Shown here in pieces: positions 17,764-27,112 of a stretch of DNA of 64,000 bases (position 1 is the stretch's first letter; every line of letters begins with the position of its first letter). The translations under genes were made by a program, and so were the position numbers. The notes beneath the pieces were generated by a model. It was not told where the DNA came from and ran no database searches. It was given only the letters and a program-made list of their open reading frames with translations. The DNA comes from an uncultured Oscillospiraceae bacterium (GTDB taxonomy: Bacteria; Bacillota; Clostridia; Oscillospirales; Oscillospiraceae), in NCBI GenBank assembly GCA_947627285.1, contig CANQVL010000009.1, positions 9 through 64,008 of the forward strand, read 5' to 3'.

Positions 17764-18432
17764 ATGAGTATTTTCGACATCCTGGGTCCCGTTATGGTGG
17801 GGCCGTCCAGCTCGCACACCGCGGGGGCGGTGAGGATGGGGCAAATGACCAGGAGGCTCCTGGGCGGAGAGCCCGAGAGCGCGGAGATTCTTCTTTCCGG
17901 CTCCTTTGCCCTCACCGGCGAGGGACACGGCACGCCTCGGGCGATATTGGCGGGGCTCATGGGCATGGACCCGGACGATGAGCGCATCCCCCAAAGCTTT
18001 GAGCTCGCCGGGGAGCACGGGATAAAATTCTCCTTCGGGACCGTGAACCTTCGGAACGCGCACCCCAACTCTGCCCTCATCAGGGCAAAAAGAGACGGGC
18101 GCGGCGTGGAGGTGGGCGCCTCCTCTCCCGGCGGCGGGAGGATAAGGGTATTCTCCCTCGACGGGCTCCCCACCTCATTTTCCGGCGAGGTGCCGACGCT
18201 GATCGTCAGGTGCGAGGACCGTCCGGGGCACGTAAGCCGCGTCACCGGCGCCGTCGCCGCCCAGGGGATAAATATGTCAAAGCTCCAGGTGGAAAGGGAC
18301 ACACGCGGCGGCACCGCCCTGATGGTTATAGAGTGCGACCAGCGCATACCCTACAAGGTCAAGGTGGCGATCTCCGCCATCGAGGGGATTTACAACGTCA
18401 CACGGCTCAATCCGGGGGAGGAGTCAAAATGA
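17764..18432 (+). CDS. sdaAB: L-serine ammonia-lyase (iron-sulfur dependent), beta subunit
   Basis: MSIFDILGPVMVGPSSSHTAGA plus a C-terminal ACT-like domain. AAAGGAG RBS. Confidence 0.9.
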   Translation: MSIFDILGPVMVGPSSSHTAGAVRMGQMTRRLLGGEPESAEILLSGSFALTGEGHGTPRAILAGLMGMDPDDERIPQSFELAGEHGIKFSFGTVNLRNAHPNSALIRAKRDGRGVEVGASSPGGGRIRVFSLDGLPTSFSGEVPTLIVRCEDRPGHVSRVTGAVAAQGINMSKLQVERDTRGGTALMVIECDQRIPYKVKVAISAIEGIYNVTRLNPGEESK

Positions 18433-19328
18433 GCGCCGTAACGTCCATAGCCGGACTTTTGAAGGTGTCGGCAGAGAAAAAGCTTCCCTTGTGGAAGACC
18501 GTCCAGCTCACAGACTGCGCCGAGCAGGACATGAGCGAGGCGGATTCCTGGGAAAAGATGAAAAATATGCTCTCCGTCATGCGCGAGGCGGACCAAAGCT
18601 ACGACAGCCGCCGGCGCTCCCTGAGCGGACTTTCCGGCGGCGACGGCGGAAAGATGGAGGACTACGTAAGGTCCGGCAGATCCATCTCCGGCCCCCTTGT
18701 GGGCGAGATCATCGCCGCCGCGCTGAGAATGGGGGAGTGCAACGCCTGCATGAAGCGCATAGTCGCCGCCCCCACCGCCGGCGCCTGCGGCGTCCTGCCG
18801 GCTGTTATCATACCCTGCGGCAAGGCTATGGGGCTTCCCGACGAAAGGCTCATCGAAGCCCTCTACGCCGCCGCCGGGGTGGGGCAGGTCATCGCCCTGA
18901 GGGCCAGCATCTCCGGCGCCCAGTCGGGCTGTCAGGCGGAGATAGGCGCGGCGTCAGCTATGGCAGCGGCGGCGCTCACCCATATGGCGGGCGGAACCTC
19001 CCAGCAGATCGCGAACGCCTCTGCGCTTGCGCTGAAATCCCTCCTGGGGCTGGTCTGCGACCCAGTTGGCGGGCTCGTGGAGGTCCCGTGCGTAAAGCGC
19101 AACGCCGCCGGAGCCGTCATCGCCCTCACCGCCGCCGAGATGTCCCTTGCCGGGATAGAGAGCCGCGTCCCGCCAGACGAGGTGATAGACGCCATGCGTG
19201 AGGTGGGCGAAAAGATGTCGCCCACCCTCCGTGAGACCGCCGAGGGCGGTCTGGCGGACACCGAGACGGCGAGAAAATTCAGGGAAAGAGATGAAGCGGC
19301 GATCCGGCACGGTCCGGGCTTAACTTAA
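18429..19328 (+). CDS. sdaAA: L-serine ammonia-lyase, alpha subunit
   Basis: ATGA overlap with sdaAB. Conserved stretches CNACMKRIVAAPTAGACG and SGCQAEIG. Confidence 0.9.
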   Translation: MSAVTSIAGLLKVSAEKKLPLWKTVQLTDCAEQDMSEADSWEKMKNMLSVMREADQSYDSRRRSLSGLSGGDGGKMEDYVRSGRSISGPLVGEIIAAALRMGECNACMKRIVAAPTAGACGVLPAVIIPCGKAMGLPDERLIEALYAAAGVGQVIALRASISGAQSGCQAEIGAASAMAAAALTHMAGGTSQQIANASALALKSLLGLVCDPVGGLVEVPCVKRNAAGAVIALTAAEMSLAGIESRVPPDEVIDAMREVGEKMSPTLRETAEGGLADTETARKFRERDEAAIRHGPGLT

Positions 19329-19347
19329 ACAGAAGGACACGATACCA

Positions 19348-21603
19348 ATGGCTAAAAAAACTCCCACCGACGACAATTCAAAAAAGAACAACCCCAACGT
19401 TATGGGGCTTCACGCGGAGGTCATGGACCAGGAGATAACCGACACGCTTGAGGTGAACTTCATGCCCTACGCCATGTCGGTCATAGTCTCCCGCGCCATA
19501 CCGGAGATCGACGGCTTCAAGCCCGCCCACAGAAAGCTCTTGTACACCATGTATAAGATGAACCTTCTCACCGGCGGGCGCACCAAATCCGCCAACATCG
19601 TGGGGCAGACCATGCGCCTGAACCCCCACGGGGACGCCGCCATATATGAAACCATGGTGCGCCTCTCCAAGGGCTACGAGGCGCTTCTGACGCCGTTTGT
19701 GGACTCCAAGGGCAACTTCGGGAAGGTCTACTCCCGGGACCTCTCCTACGCCGCCTCCCGGTACACCGAGGCGAAGCTCGCACCCATATGCTCCGAGCTT
19801 TTCCGCGACATCGACTCGGACACCGTGGACTTTGTGGACAACTACGATTCCACCATGAAGGAGCCCACCCTTCTGCCCACCTCGTTCCCCAACGTCCTTG
19901 TCTCCGCCAACACCGGCATCGCCGTGGGCATGGCGTCAAATATCTGCTCCTTCAACCTGGAGGAGGTCTGCCGGACGGAGATCGAATACCTCTCCGACAC
20001 CAACTGCGACATCTACCTCACCCTCCGCGCGCCTGATTTCACCACCGGCGGTGAGGTCATCTACGAGGCCGACGCGCTTAGGGAGGTATACGAGACAGGC
20101 AGGGGCAGTGTGAAGCTCCGCGCCCGCTGGAGGTTCGACAAAAAGGAAAACCTCATCGAGGTATACGAGATACCCTACACCACCACCGCCGAGGCGATAA
20201 TGGACAAGGTGGAGGACCTGGTGAAGACCGGCAAGCTCCGGGAGATCTCCGATATGCGTGACGAGACGGACCTTTCGGGCCTGAAGCTCACAATCGACTT
20301 AAAGCGCGGGGTGGACCCGGAAAAGCTCATGGCAAAGCTATATAAGCTCACCCCGCTGCAGGACGCCTTCGCCTGCAACTTCAACATACTCATCGCCGGC
20401 ACACCAAAGGTCATGGGTATCCGGGAGATACTCTCCGAGTGGACCGCCTGGCGCATGGAGTCCGTTCGCCGGCGCGTATTCGCCGACCTTTCAAAGAAAA
20501 AGGACCGCCTGCACCTTCTCAAGGGCCTGGGGAAGATACTCCTGGACATCGACAAGGCAATAAAGATAATCCGTGAGACCGAGGAGGAGCGGGAGGTGGT
20601 CCCCAACCTCATGATCGGCTTCGGCATAGACGAGATCCAGGCGGAGTTCGTGGCGGAGATAAAGCTTCGCAATATAAACAAGGAATATATCCTCAAACGC
20701 CTTGAGGACATAACGAAGCTGGAGGAGGAGATCGCGGACCTTGAGGACATCCTTCAAAATAAGCGCCGCGTAAAGACCATCATCAGGCGCGAGCTGGAAA
20801 ACGTGATAAAGAAGTACGGCGAGCCGCGCCGGACCCAAATAATCTACCCCCACGAGATCTCCGAGCCCGAGGAGGACGAGCCGGAGGACGGCTACCCGGT
20901 CACCGTCTTCTTCTCAAAGGGCGGATACCTCAAGAAGATAACGCCACAGTCCCTTCGCATGTCCGGCGAGCAGAAGTACAAGGAGGGGGACAGCCTGCTT
21001 ATGAGCTTTGAGGCGTCCAACTCCTCCGAGCTTTTGGTGTTCACGGACAAATTCCAGTGCTACAAGACGCGCCTCTCCGACTTCCCCGACGGCAAGGCGT
21101 CGGCGCTGGGCACCTATATCCCCACGCAGCTGGGGATGGACGAGGGCGAGAACGCCCTTTATATCTGCGCCCCCGGTGACTACACCGCCAGCCTTCTGCT
21201 GATGTTTGAAAACGGCAAGGCGGCGCGCATATCCCTCTCGGGCTTTGAGACAAAGACCAACCGCAAGCGGCTCACCGGCGCGTACTCCGACAAGAGCCCC
21301 CTTGTGGGCTTCCTGCCCGTATATGAGGATTTCGAGGCGGCGGCGTACACCTCTGACGGGCGCTGTGTCGTGTTCTCCACGGCTCTGCTGACGCCCAAAC
21401 CCACCCGAAACACGCAGGGTGTGTCGGTGGTCACGCTGAAAAAGAACAGGACCGTAACGCAGCTCCGCCCCGTATCCGAGACGAGCATCAAAAACGCCTC
21501 CCGCTACCGCGTCCGCTCGATCCCCGCCGCCGGCGCCGTTTTGAAGGACGAGGACCGGGAGGAGCGGCAGCTGAGCCTTTTGGAGGGCGACGGAAATGCG
21601 TAG
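19348..21603 (+). CDS. parC: Type IIA DNA topoisomerase subunit A (ParC/GyrA-like)
   Basis: AMSVIVSRAIPEIDGFKPAHRKLLY; catalytic Tyr context AASRYTEAKL. Confidence 0.85.
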   Translation: MAKKTPTDDNSKKNNPNVMGLHAEVMDQEITDTLEVNFMPYAMSVIVSRAIPEIDGFKPAHRKLLYTMYKMNLLTGGRTKSANIVGQTMRLNPHGDAAIYETMVRLSKGYEALLTPFVDSKGNFGKVYSRDLSYAASRYTEAKLAPICSELFRDIDSDTVDFVDNYDSTMKEPTLLPTSFPNVLVSANTGIAVGMASNICSFNLEEVCRTEIEYLSDTNCDIYLTLRAPDFTTGGEVIYEADALREVYETGRGSVKLRARWRFDKKENLIEVYEIPYTTTAEAIMDKVEDLVKTGKLREISDMRDETDLSGLKLTIDLKRGVDPEKLMAKLYKLTPLQDAFACNFNILIAGTPKVMGIREILSEWTAWRMESVRRRVFADLSKKKDRLHLLKGLGKILLDIDKAIKIIRETEEEREVVPNLMIGFGIDEIQAEFVAEIKLRNINKEYILKRLEDITKLEEEIADLEDILQNKRRVKTIIRRELENVIKKYGEPRRTQIIYPHEISEPEEDEPEDGYPVTVFFSKGGYLKKITPQSLRMSGEQKYKEGDSLLMSFEASNSSELLVFTDKFQCYKTRLSDFPDGKASALGTYIPTQLGMDEGENALYICAPGDYTASLLLMFENGKAARISLSGFETKTNRKRLTGAYSDKSPLVGFLPVYEDFEAAAYTSDGRCVVFSTALLTPKPTRNTQGVSVVTLKKNRTVTQLRPVSETSIKNASRYRVRSIPAAGAVLKDEDREERQLSLLEGDGNA

Positions 21604-22792
21604 GGCGGCGGCGTTTTTGCTGGCGGCGGCGCTCGCGCTGTCGCTTACCGGCTGTGCCACACTCATCGACGGGGAGTATTCCTCCTCCCGGGACCACATG
21701 AGCTCCTCCGACGAAAGTCCGGGCGACGCCGAGCTCACCCTTGACGCGGCGGACCCCGAGGAGCTCTACTCCGCCGTGTCCCAGTTCATCTCCCGGGGAG
21801 TGGAGCGGGGGACGATACGCATGGCGAGCTACGAGGGCAATTTGGAGTCCGACCTTGCCGACGCCTGCCTTGAGGCGTCAGCCAACACCGCCATGGGCTC
21901 CTACTGCGTCTACTTCATAAATTACAGCCTCAACCGCCTGGTGTCCGTTTACGAGGCCAGCGTGTCCATAATATACCGCCATCAGCCCGAGGAGGTGGGG
22001 GGCCTGACTGTCTGCGAGGACGCGGAGGAGCTGGAGGACATAATGCGCGCCGCCATGGAGACAAGGTCGGAGCTTGCGACGGTGAAGCTTGAAAGCGCCG
22101 AGATCACCGGCGAGACCGTCGCGCAGGCGGTGGAGAGCGCCTACTACTCAAATCCCGCGACGATACTTTACATCCCGTCATATACGGTGACCTCCTATCC
22201 CGAGGAGGGCAGCGAGAGGATAGTCGAGGTCGCCTTCACTTACCCCTACGCCACCTCCACCGTCCAACAGCGCGAAAGGTCCCTCACCGGACGCGCGGAG
22301 GAGATAGTGAGCGGGCTCTCCGGCGGGACGGAAAGCGAGCGCCTCATGTCGGCGGGCTCCTGGTTCGCGGAAAACGTGACCTATGACACCACCGTCAACA
22401 CCTCCGACGCCCAGGCCCGCCGCTACAACGCCATGACAGCTTACGGCGCGCTGGTCCAGGGCGCCGCCGTCGGCGAGGGCTGCGCCATGGGGCTGAAGGT
22501 CCTGTGCGGGCTTATGGGCATCGAGTGTGAGGTCATATCCGGGCGCTTCAACAACATGGACCACACCTGGAACCTGGTGCGCCTTGAAAACGGGGAGCTC
22601 TACCATGTGGATATGACAAGCTTCGACCCCGACGGCGCCGTCTTCAAAAACGACGAGCAGCAGCTCTCCTCCAACTATTGGTGGGACGCCTCCCAATACC
22701 CACGCTGCTCCGGCCCGTCCCTCTACGGCCCCGAATTCGACCCTGAAAACAACCCCACCGAACCCCCACCGCCCCCCGTAAACTGGGAATAA
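21596..22792 (+). CDS. Lipoprotein with C-terminal transglutaminase-like cysteine protease core
   Basis: Lipobox LSLTGC. Cys-His-Asp core GEGCAMG...DHTWNLV...YHVDMT. The start overlaps the parC stop by 8 nt. Confidence 0.75.
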   Translation: MRRAAAFLLAAALALSLTGCATLIDGEYSSSRDHMSSSDESPGDAELTLDAADPEELYSAVSQFISRGVERGTIRMASYEGNLESDLADACLEASANTAMGSYCVYFINYSLNRLVSVYEASVSIIYRHQPEEVGGLTVCEDAEELEDIMRAAMETRSELATVKLESAEITGETVAQAVESAYYSNPATILYIPSYTVTSYPEEGSERIVEVAFTYPYATSTVQQRERSLTGRAEEIVSGLSGGTESERLMSAGSWFAENVTYDTTVNTSDAQARRYNAMTAYGALVQGAAVGEGCAMGLKVLCGLMGIECEVISGRFNNMDHTWNLVRLENGELYHVDMTSFDPDGAVFKNDEQQLSSNYWWDASQYPRCSGPSLYGPEFDPENNPTEPPPPPVNWE

Positions 22793-22827
22793 AACCCCGG
22801 CATGAAGACCCGGTTCGCAAAAATCTC

Positions 22828-23016
22828 TTAATTAAATATTTTTCCGGCGGCATGTACGTCGGAAAAATCACCTCTTGTTTTGCAAGCGTGCGCCCCTTCG
22901 GGGCGTGCGCACAGCAAAACAGCAGAAAAAAATTTCGGAAATGTCCGCAGACATTTCCGGAATTTTTTTCGCACGCTCCCCATTGCCCAAAAAGGGCGGA
23001 GCCCTTTTTGGGCAGC
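22828..23016 (+). repeat. Hairpin-repeat family, copy C (full: HP1-HP2-HP3-HP4)
   Basis: HP1 22839-22867, HP2 22877-22920, HP3 22926-22969, linker CGCACGCTCCCC, HP4 22984-23015. Confidence 0.85.
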
Positions 23017-23021
23017 AAAAA

Positions 23022-23094
23022 AGCGGCCTACGAGGCTCGAACTCGCTACCTCCACCTTGGCAAGGTGGCGCTCTACCAGATGAGCTAAGGCCGC
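23022..23094 (-). tRNA. tRNA-Gly (anticodon GCC), CCA not encoded
   Basis: Reverse complement GCGGCCTTAGCTCATCTGGTAGAGCGCCACCTTGCCAAGGTGGAGGTAGCGAGTTCGAGCCTCGTAGGCCGCT folds as a cloverleaf: 7-bp acceptor stem, anticodon loop TTGCCAA, TTCGAGC T-loop. G1-C2-G3 and U73 fit Gly identity. Confidence 0.85.
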
Positions 23095-23179
23095 ACGGAA
23101 CGGTATTGATTATAACCTCCCCGTGCGGCTTTGTCAAGAAGTTTTTTTGCTTTATAAAAATTTTATAAAAATTTTCTTC

Positions 23180-24697
23180 TCAGCTGTTCTTCTCCGCCCG
23201 GCGGCTTTTCATGCCGCGGACCACGTTTTCGTCCACCGCCTTTTCCAGGGCGTCGGTGACAATCTGGAGCGTGCGGATACGGGCGTATTTCTTGTCCACG
23301 GACTCGATGATGTGCCAGGGGGCGTACTCCGTGCTTGTTTTTTGGAGCATATCCTCCACGGCCTGCTCGTACTGGGGCCACTTGTCCCGGTTGCGCCAGT
23401 CCTCGTCGGTGATCTTCCACTGTTTCTCCGGGGTGTTCTGCCGCGCCTCGAAGCGCTCCAGCTGGGTGTCGGGGTCGATATGTATCCAGAACTTCAAAAC
23501 CACCGTGCCCCAGTCCGTAAGCTCCTTCTCGAATTCGTTGATCTCCCCGTAAGCCCTCTGCCAGTCGTTCTCGGAGCAGAAGCCCTCTATTCTCTCCACC
23601 ATCACCCTGCCGTACCAGGTGCGGTCAAATATGGCTATGTGCCCGCTGCGGGGGAGCTTTGTCCAGAACCGCCAGAGATAGTGCCGCGCCTTCTCCGCCG
23701 GCGTGGGGCTGGCGATGGGGATGACGTCAAAGCCCCTGGGGTCCAGAGGATAGGTGAGCCTTCGGATATTTCCGCCCTTTCCCGCGGCGTCCCAGCCCTC
23801 GTAGCATATGACCACGGGTATCTTCTTCCTGTATATGCGGTTGTGGAGCTTTGCCAGCTTCTCCTGGAGCTCCCGAAGCTTCTTGTCGTACTTCTTGGGG
23901 TCTATTGTCGCCGTGAGGTCCGCGTCCTTCTGCGACGGGCCGCCCAGGAGCGGGAATTTAACACCGGAGGGCCTGCCCTCATATTTCCCCGAGGCGATGG
24001 CGGCCTCCACATTCCCCGTGATGGCGGACAGCGCGTCATAGAGCGCCTTCTGCCTGCCCTCGCCGTCAAGCACGGTCCAGGGGGAGATCTTCGTGGTTGC
24101 CTCCATAAAATCGTCATAGGCCTTCAAAAACTGCCCGTACTCCTGCTGCTGCCACAGGTCATCGCCGGACACCCTCCACTGGGTGTCACGGTTCTCCCGC
24201 AGAGCGGTTATGCGCTCCAGCTGGCAGGCGCGGGAGATGTGTATGAAGAGCTTTATCACCACGTACCCGTTGTCCCGAAGCTGGCGCTCGAAGGTGTTGA
24301 CGGACGCCACGCGGCGGTCGTACTCCTGAGCCGGGATCTCACGCCGCAGGTACTTGCCCACCACGTCCTCCATCCAGCCGGTGTCCATGAAAAGAAATTT
24401 GCCGGACTCGGGGACGACCTCGAAAAACTTCTTTAAGAACGGGTAACGCTCGTCGTACTCGTGGGTCCTGCCGAAGCTCTTCACCGAGAAAAATCTGGGG
24501 TCCATCTCGCAGATGAGCTCACGGATTAGGTTCCCCTTTCCCGCGCAGTCCCAGCCCTCCACCAGGACGATTACGGGCAGCTTCGCCTCCCGTATCTCCT
24601 GCTGCTGAGCCGAGAGCACCGCCTTGAGGCGGCGTATCTCCGCACGCCTCACGTCCTTGTCCAGGCAGTCGTCGTTTCTCTTGAAATCCAGGATCAT
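23180..24697 (-). CDS. ppk2: Two-domain polyphosphate kinase 2 family protein (polyphosphate:AMP phosphotransferase-like)
   Basis: Duplicated PPK2 modules with P-loops VEGWDCAGKG and YEGWDAAGKGG. Confidence 0.9.
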   Translation of the reverse strand: MILDFKRNDDCLDKDVRRAEIRRLKAVLSAQQQEIREAKLPVIVLVEGWDCAGKGNLIRELICEMDPRFFSVKSFGRTHEYDERYPFLKKFFEVVPESGKFLFMDTGWMEDVVGKYLRREIPAQEYDRRVASVNTFERQLRDNGYVVIKLFIHISRACQLERITALRENRDTQWRVSGDDLWQQQEYGQFLKAYDDFMEATTKISPWTVLDGEGRQKALYDALSAITGNVEAAIASGKYEGRPSGVKFPLLGGPSQKDADLTATIDPKKYDKKLRELQEKLAKLHNRIYRKKIPVVICYEGWDAAGKGGNIRRLTYPLDPRGFDVIPIASPTPAEKARHYLWRFWTKLPRSGHIAIFDRTWYGRVMVERIEGFCSENDWQRAYGEINEFEKELTDWGTVVLKFWIHIDPDTQLERFEARQNTPEKQWKITDEDWRNRDKWPQYEQAVEDMLQKTSTEYAPWHIIESVDKKYARIRTLQIVTDALEKAVDENVVRGMKSRRAEKNS

Positions 24698-24829
24698 GTT
24701 AAGACACCTCCATAATTTATTTTATTTTTATTTACAATATCATATCCGCCGGACTTTGTCAAAAGAATCAAGGGCGTTTTTTCGCCGGCGGCATAAGATG
24801 GGGTGAAAAACTATTGAAAGGACGCTGGC

Positions 24830-25882
24830 ATGGATAAACAATCTATATCCGAATACTTCCTGGGCGCGAACTCGCCGGAAGGCTTTTACTCACTTTACGG
24901 GGAATTCACCGACCCCTCCGCGGACCACCTGTACATACTCAAGGGCGGACCGGGGTGCGGAAAATCCACCTTTATGAAAAGGGTGGGCAGGGCGGCGTCG
25001 GAGGCGGGGTATTCCGTGGAGTACATCCGCTGTTCCGGCGACCCGGACTCACTGGACGGGGTGTATATACCCTCGCTCCGCAAGGCTTACGTGGACGGCA
25101 CCTCGCCCCACGTCATTGAACCTCTGTTCGCCGGAAGTCAGGCGAGCTATGTGAACATGGGCGCATTTTACGACCTGGCGGAGCTTGACCGCAGAAGGGA
25201 GGAGATAGAGGCGCTCACCCGCGGCTATAAGGCCTGCTACCGGCGGGCGTTCCGGCTCCTCTCCGCCGCCGCGTCGCTGTCGGGACCTGTGAAGCTGCCG
25301 GAGGAGGCTCTGCTCACCGCGGCAAAGCGGGCGCGGGGCATAATACGGCGGGAGATAAAGGGACACGGCGAGGGCAGGAGCGTCAGCCGCTTCCTGTCCG
25401 CCTACACCTGCAAGGGGCAGATGGCGCTCTGGGACACCGTGGCGGAGCTGGCGGATAAGGTGTACCTTCTTGACAACGAGCTCGGCCTTGCCGCCATAAT
25501 CATGGAGGCCGCGGCGTCCGAGGCGGAGAGCCGGGGCTGGGGCGTGGTGCGATGCCGGTCGCCGCTTTTCCCGGAGAGAACGGAGCACATCATCGTTCCT
25601 GGGCTGGGACTTGCGCTTGTCAGCCGCTCCGCCGCCCTTCCGTACCCATATGAGCCACACCGCCATCTGAGGCTTGACGCCATACCGGATAAGGATACCA
25701 TAGCCGCCGTAAAGCCTGAGCTGCGCCGCCGCGCCAGGCTCCGGGAGGGCGTTATATCCGAGGCGACGGTCGCTCTCGCCGAGGCAAAGGAGCTCCACGA
25801 CAGGCTGGAGGCGCAATATATACCCACTGTGGACTTTGACGGGATAGACCGCCTGACACAAAGGCACATAGAGGCGCTGTGA
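24830..25882 (+). CDS. Uncharacterised P-loop NTPase
   Basis: Walker A LKGGPGCGKST. No further family recognised. Confidence 0.65.
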   Translation: MDKQSISEYFLGANSPEGFYSLYGEFTDPSADHLYILKGGPGCGKSTFMKRVGRAASEAGYSVEYIRCSGDPDSLDGVYIPSLRKAYVDGTSPHVIEPLFAGSQASYVNMGAFYDLAELDRRREEIEALTRGYKACYRRAFRLLSAAASLSGPVKLPEEALLTAAKRARGIIRREIKGHGEGRSVSRFLSAYTCKGQMALWDTVAELADKVYLLDNELGLAAIIMEAAASEAESRGWGVVRCRSPLFPERTEHIIVPGLGLALVSRSAALPYPYEPHRHLRLDAIPDKDTIAAVKPELRRRARLREGVISEATVALAEAKELHDRLEAQYIPTVDFDGIDRLTQRHIEAL

Positions 25883-25945
25883 GGGATTTACTTTTTCCGC
25901 CGCCGGTGATATAATGAGCCAAAATCCTGCAAAAGAGGTGCGAAT

Positions 25946-27112
25946 ATGTACGATTTTGATACCCCCGCCCCCCGCGCCGGCTCGGGAGCGCTGAAGTGGG
26001 ACCTGAGGGGACCCGCCTTCGGCAACGAAAACGCCCTGCCCTTCTGGGTGGCGGACTCGGACTATATGTCCCCGCCGGAGGTGGTGGAGGCGATACGCGA
26101 CGCCGCCTCACGGTGCGTTTTCGGCTACACCGTACCCACGGAGGAGTACAAAAACGCCGTCCGCAAATGGGTGGGGGAGCGCCACGGCTGGGACATCGAG
26201 CCGGACTTCGTTGTTCCCTCCACCGGCATAGTGTCGGAGCTTGCCAACATAGTCCGGTGCTTCACGGACCCCGGTGACAAGATACTGATTCAGACGCCGG
26301 TATACGACCCCTTTGCCTCGGTGGTGAAGACCGCCGGCAGAACGCTGGTGGAGAACAGGCTCCGGCGGGACGGGGACCTGCGGTACACCATGGATTTTGA
26401 GGACCTCTCCCGCGACCTGCGCTCCGGCGTGCGGATGATGATACTTTGCTCGCCCCACAACCCCGTTGGAAGGGTTTGGACACGGGAGGAGGTCACGCGC
26501 GTGGCGGAGCTTTGCGCGGAAAACGGCGTGCTTTTGGTGTCCGACGAGATACACTGGGACATCATCATGCCGGGACACACCCACTTCACCGCGGGGAACG
26601 CGGGTACGCCCGACAACGTCATCGTCCTCACCGCCCCAAGCAAGACCTTCAACGTGGCGGGGCTGAAGTGCTCCAACGGCATAATCCCCTCCGCCTCGCT
26701 GAGAAAGAGGCTTGAGGCATGGAAGGAGGCGCGCCACATCGAGGGCGGCAACAATCTGGGGCAGACGGCCTGCAGGGCGGCGTATGAGTACGGCGCCAAG
26801 TGGGCGGACGAGCAGAACGAATACATTTGGAAAAACGCCGGGGCGGTTCGCGGCTTCCTTGCGGAGAACCTGCCGGAGGTGAAGGCCGCGCCGCTGGAGG
26901 GCACATATCTCATGTGGCTGGACATATCCGCCTCCGGCGCGGGCTCGCGGGAGGTGTGCGCCTCCATGAACAGGGCGGGGGCGATACTCAATGACGGCTT
27001 CCGCTACGGCGACGACGGCTTTGTACGGCTGAACATAGCCTGCCCGCGGGCGCAGCTTGAGGCGGGTCTGCCGCTCATACTCAAGGGATACAGGGGAGCG
27101 GCGGGGAAATGA
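25946..27112 (+). CDS. patB: PLP-dependent aminotransferase class I/II, MalY/PatB-type C-S lyase
   Basis: PLP-lysine context APSKTFNVAGLK. N-terminal FDTP..R.GS.ALKW. Confidence 0.85.
   Translation: MYDFDTPAPRAGSGALKWDLRGPAFGNENALPFWVADSDYMSPPEVVEAIRDAASRCVFGYTVPTEEYKNAVRKWVGERHGWDIEPDFVVPSTGIVSELANIVRCFTDPGDKILIQTPVYDPFASVVKTAGRTLVENRLRRDGDLRYTMDFEDLSRDLRSGVRMMILCSPHNPVGRVWTREEVTRVAELCAENGVLLVSDEIHWDIIMPGHTHFTAGNAGTPDNVIVLTAPSKTFNVAGLKCSNGIIPSASLRKRLEAWKEARHIEGGNNLGQTACRAAYEYGAKWADEQNEYIWKNAGAVRGFLAENLPEVKAAPLEGTYLMWLDISASGAGSREVCASMNRAGAILNDGFRYGDDGFVRLNIACPRAQLEAGLPLILKGYRGAAGK

Noticed and set aside
22852-23088. Short ORFs starting MYVGKIT.. or MRLGKNT.. inside repeat copies C, E (41935-42162) and G (62857-63078), plus the mirrored VIFPTYMPPEKYLI peptides on the other strand.
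   Set aside because: The ATG lies in the HP1 loop with no RBS. Similarity between copies follows nucleotide conservation. Downstream residues change wherever stems covary, so the conservation is structural, not protein-coding.
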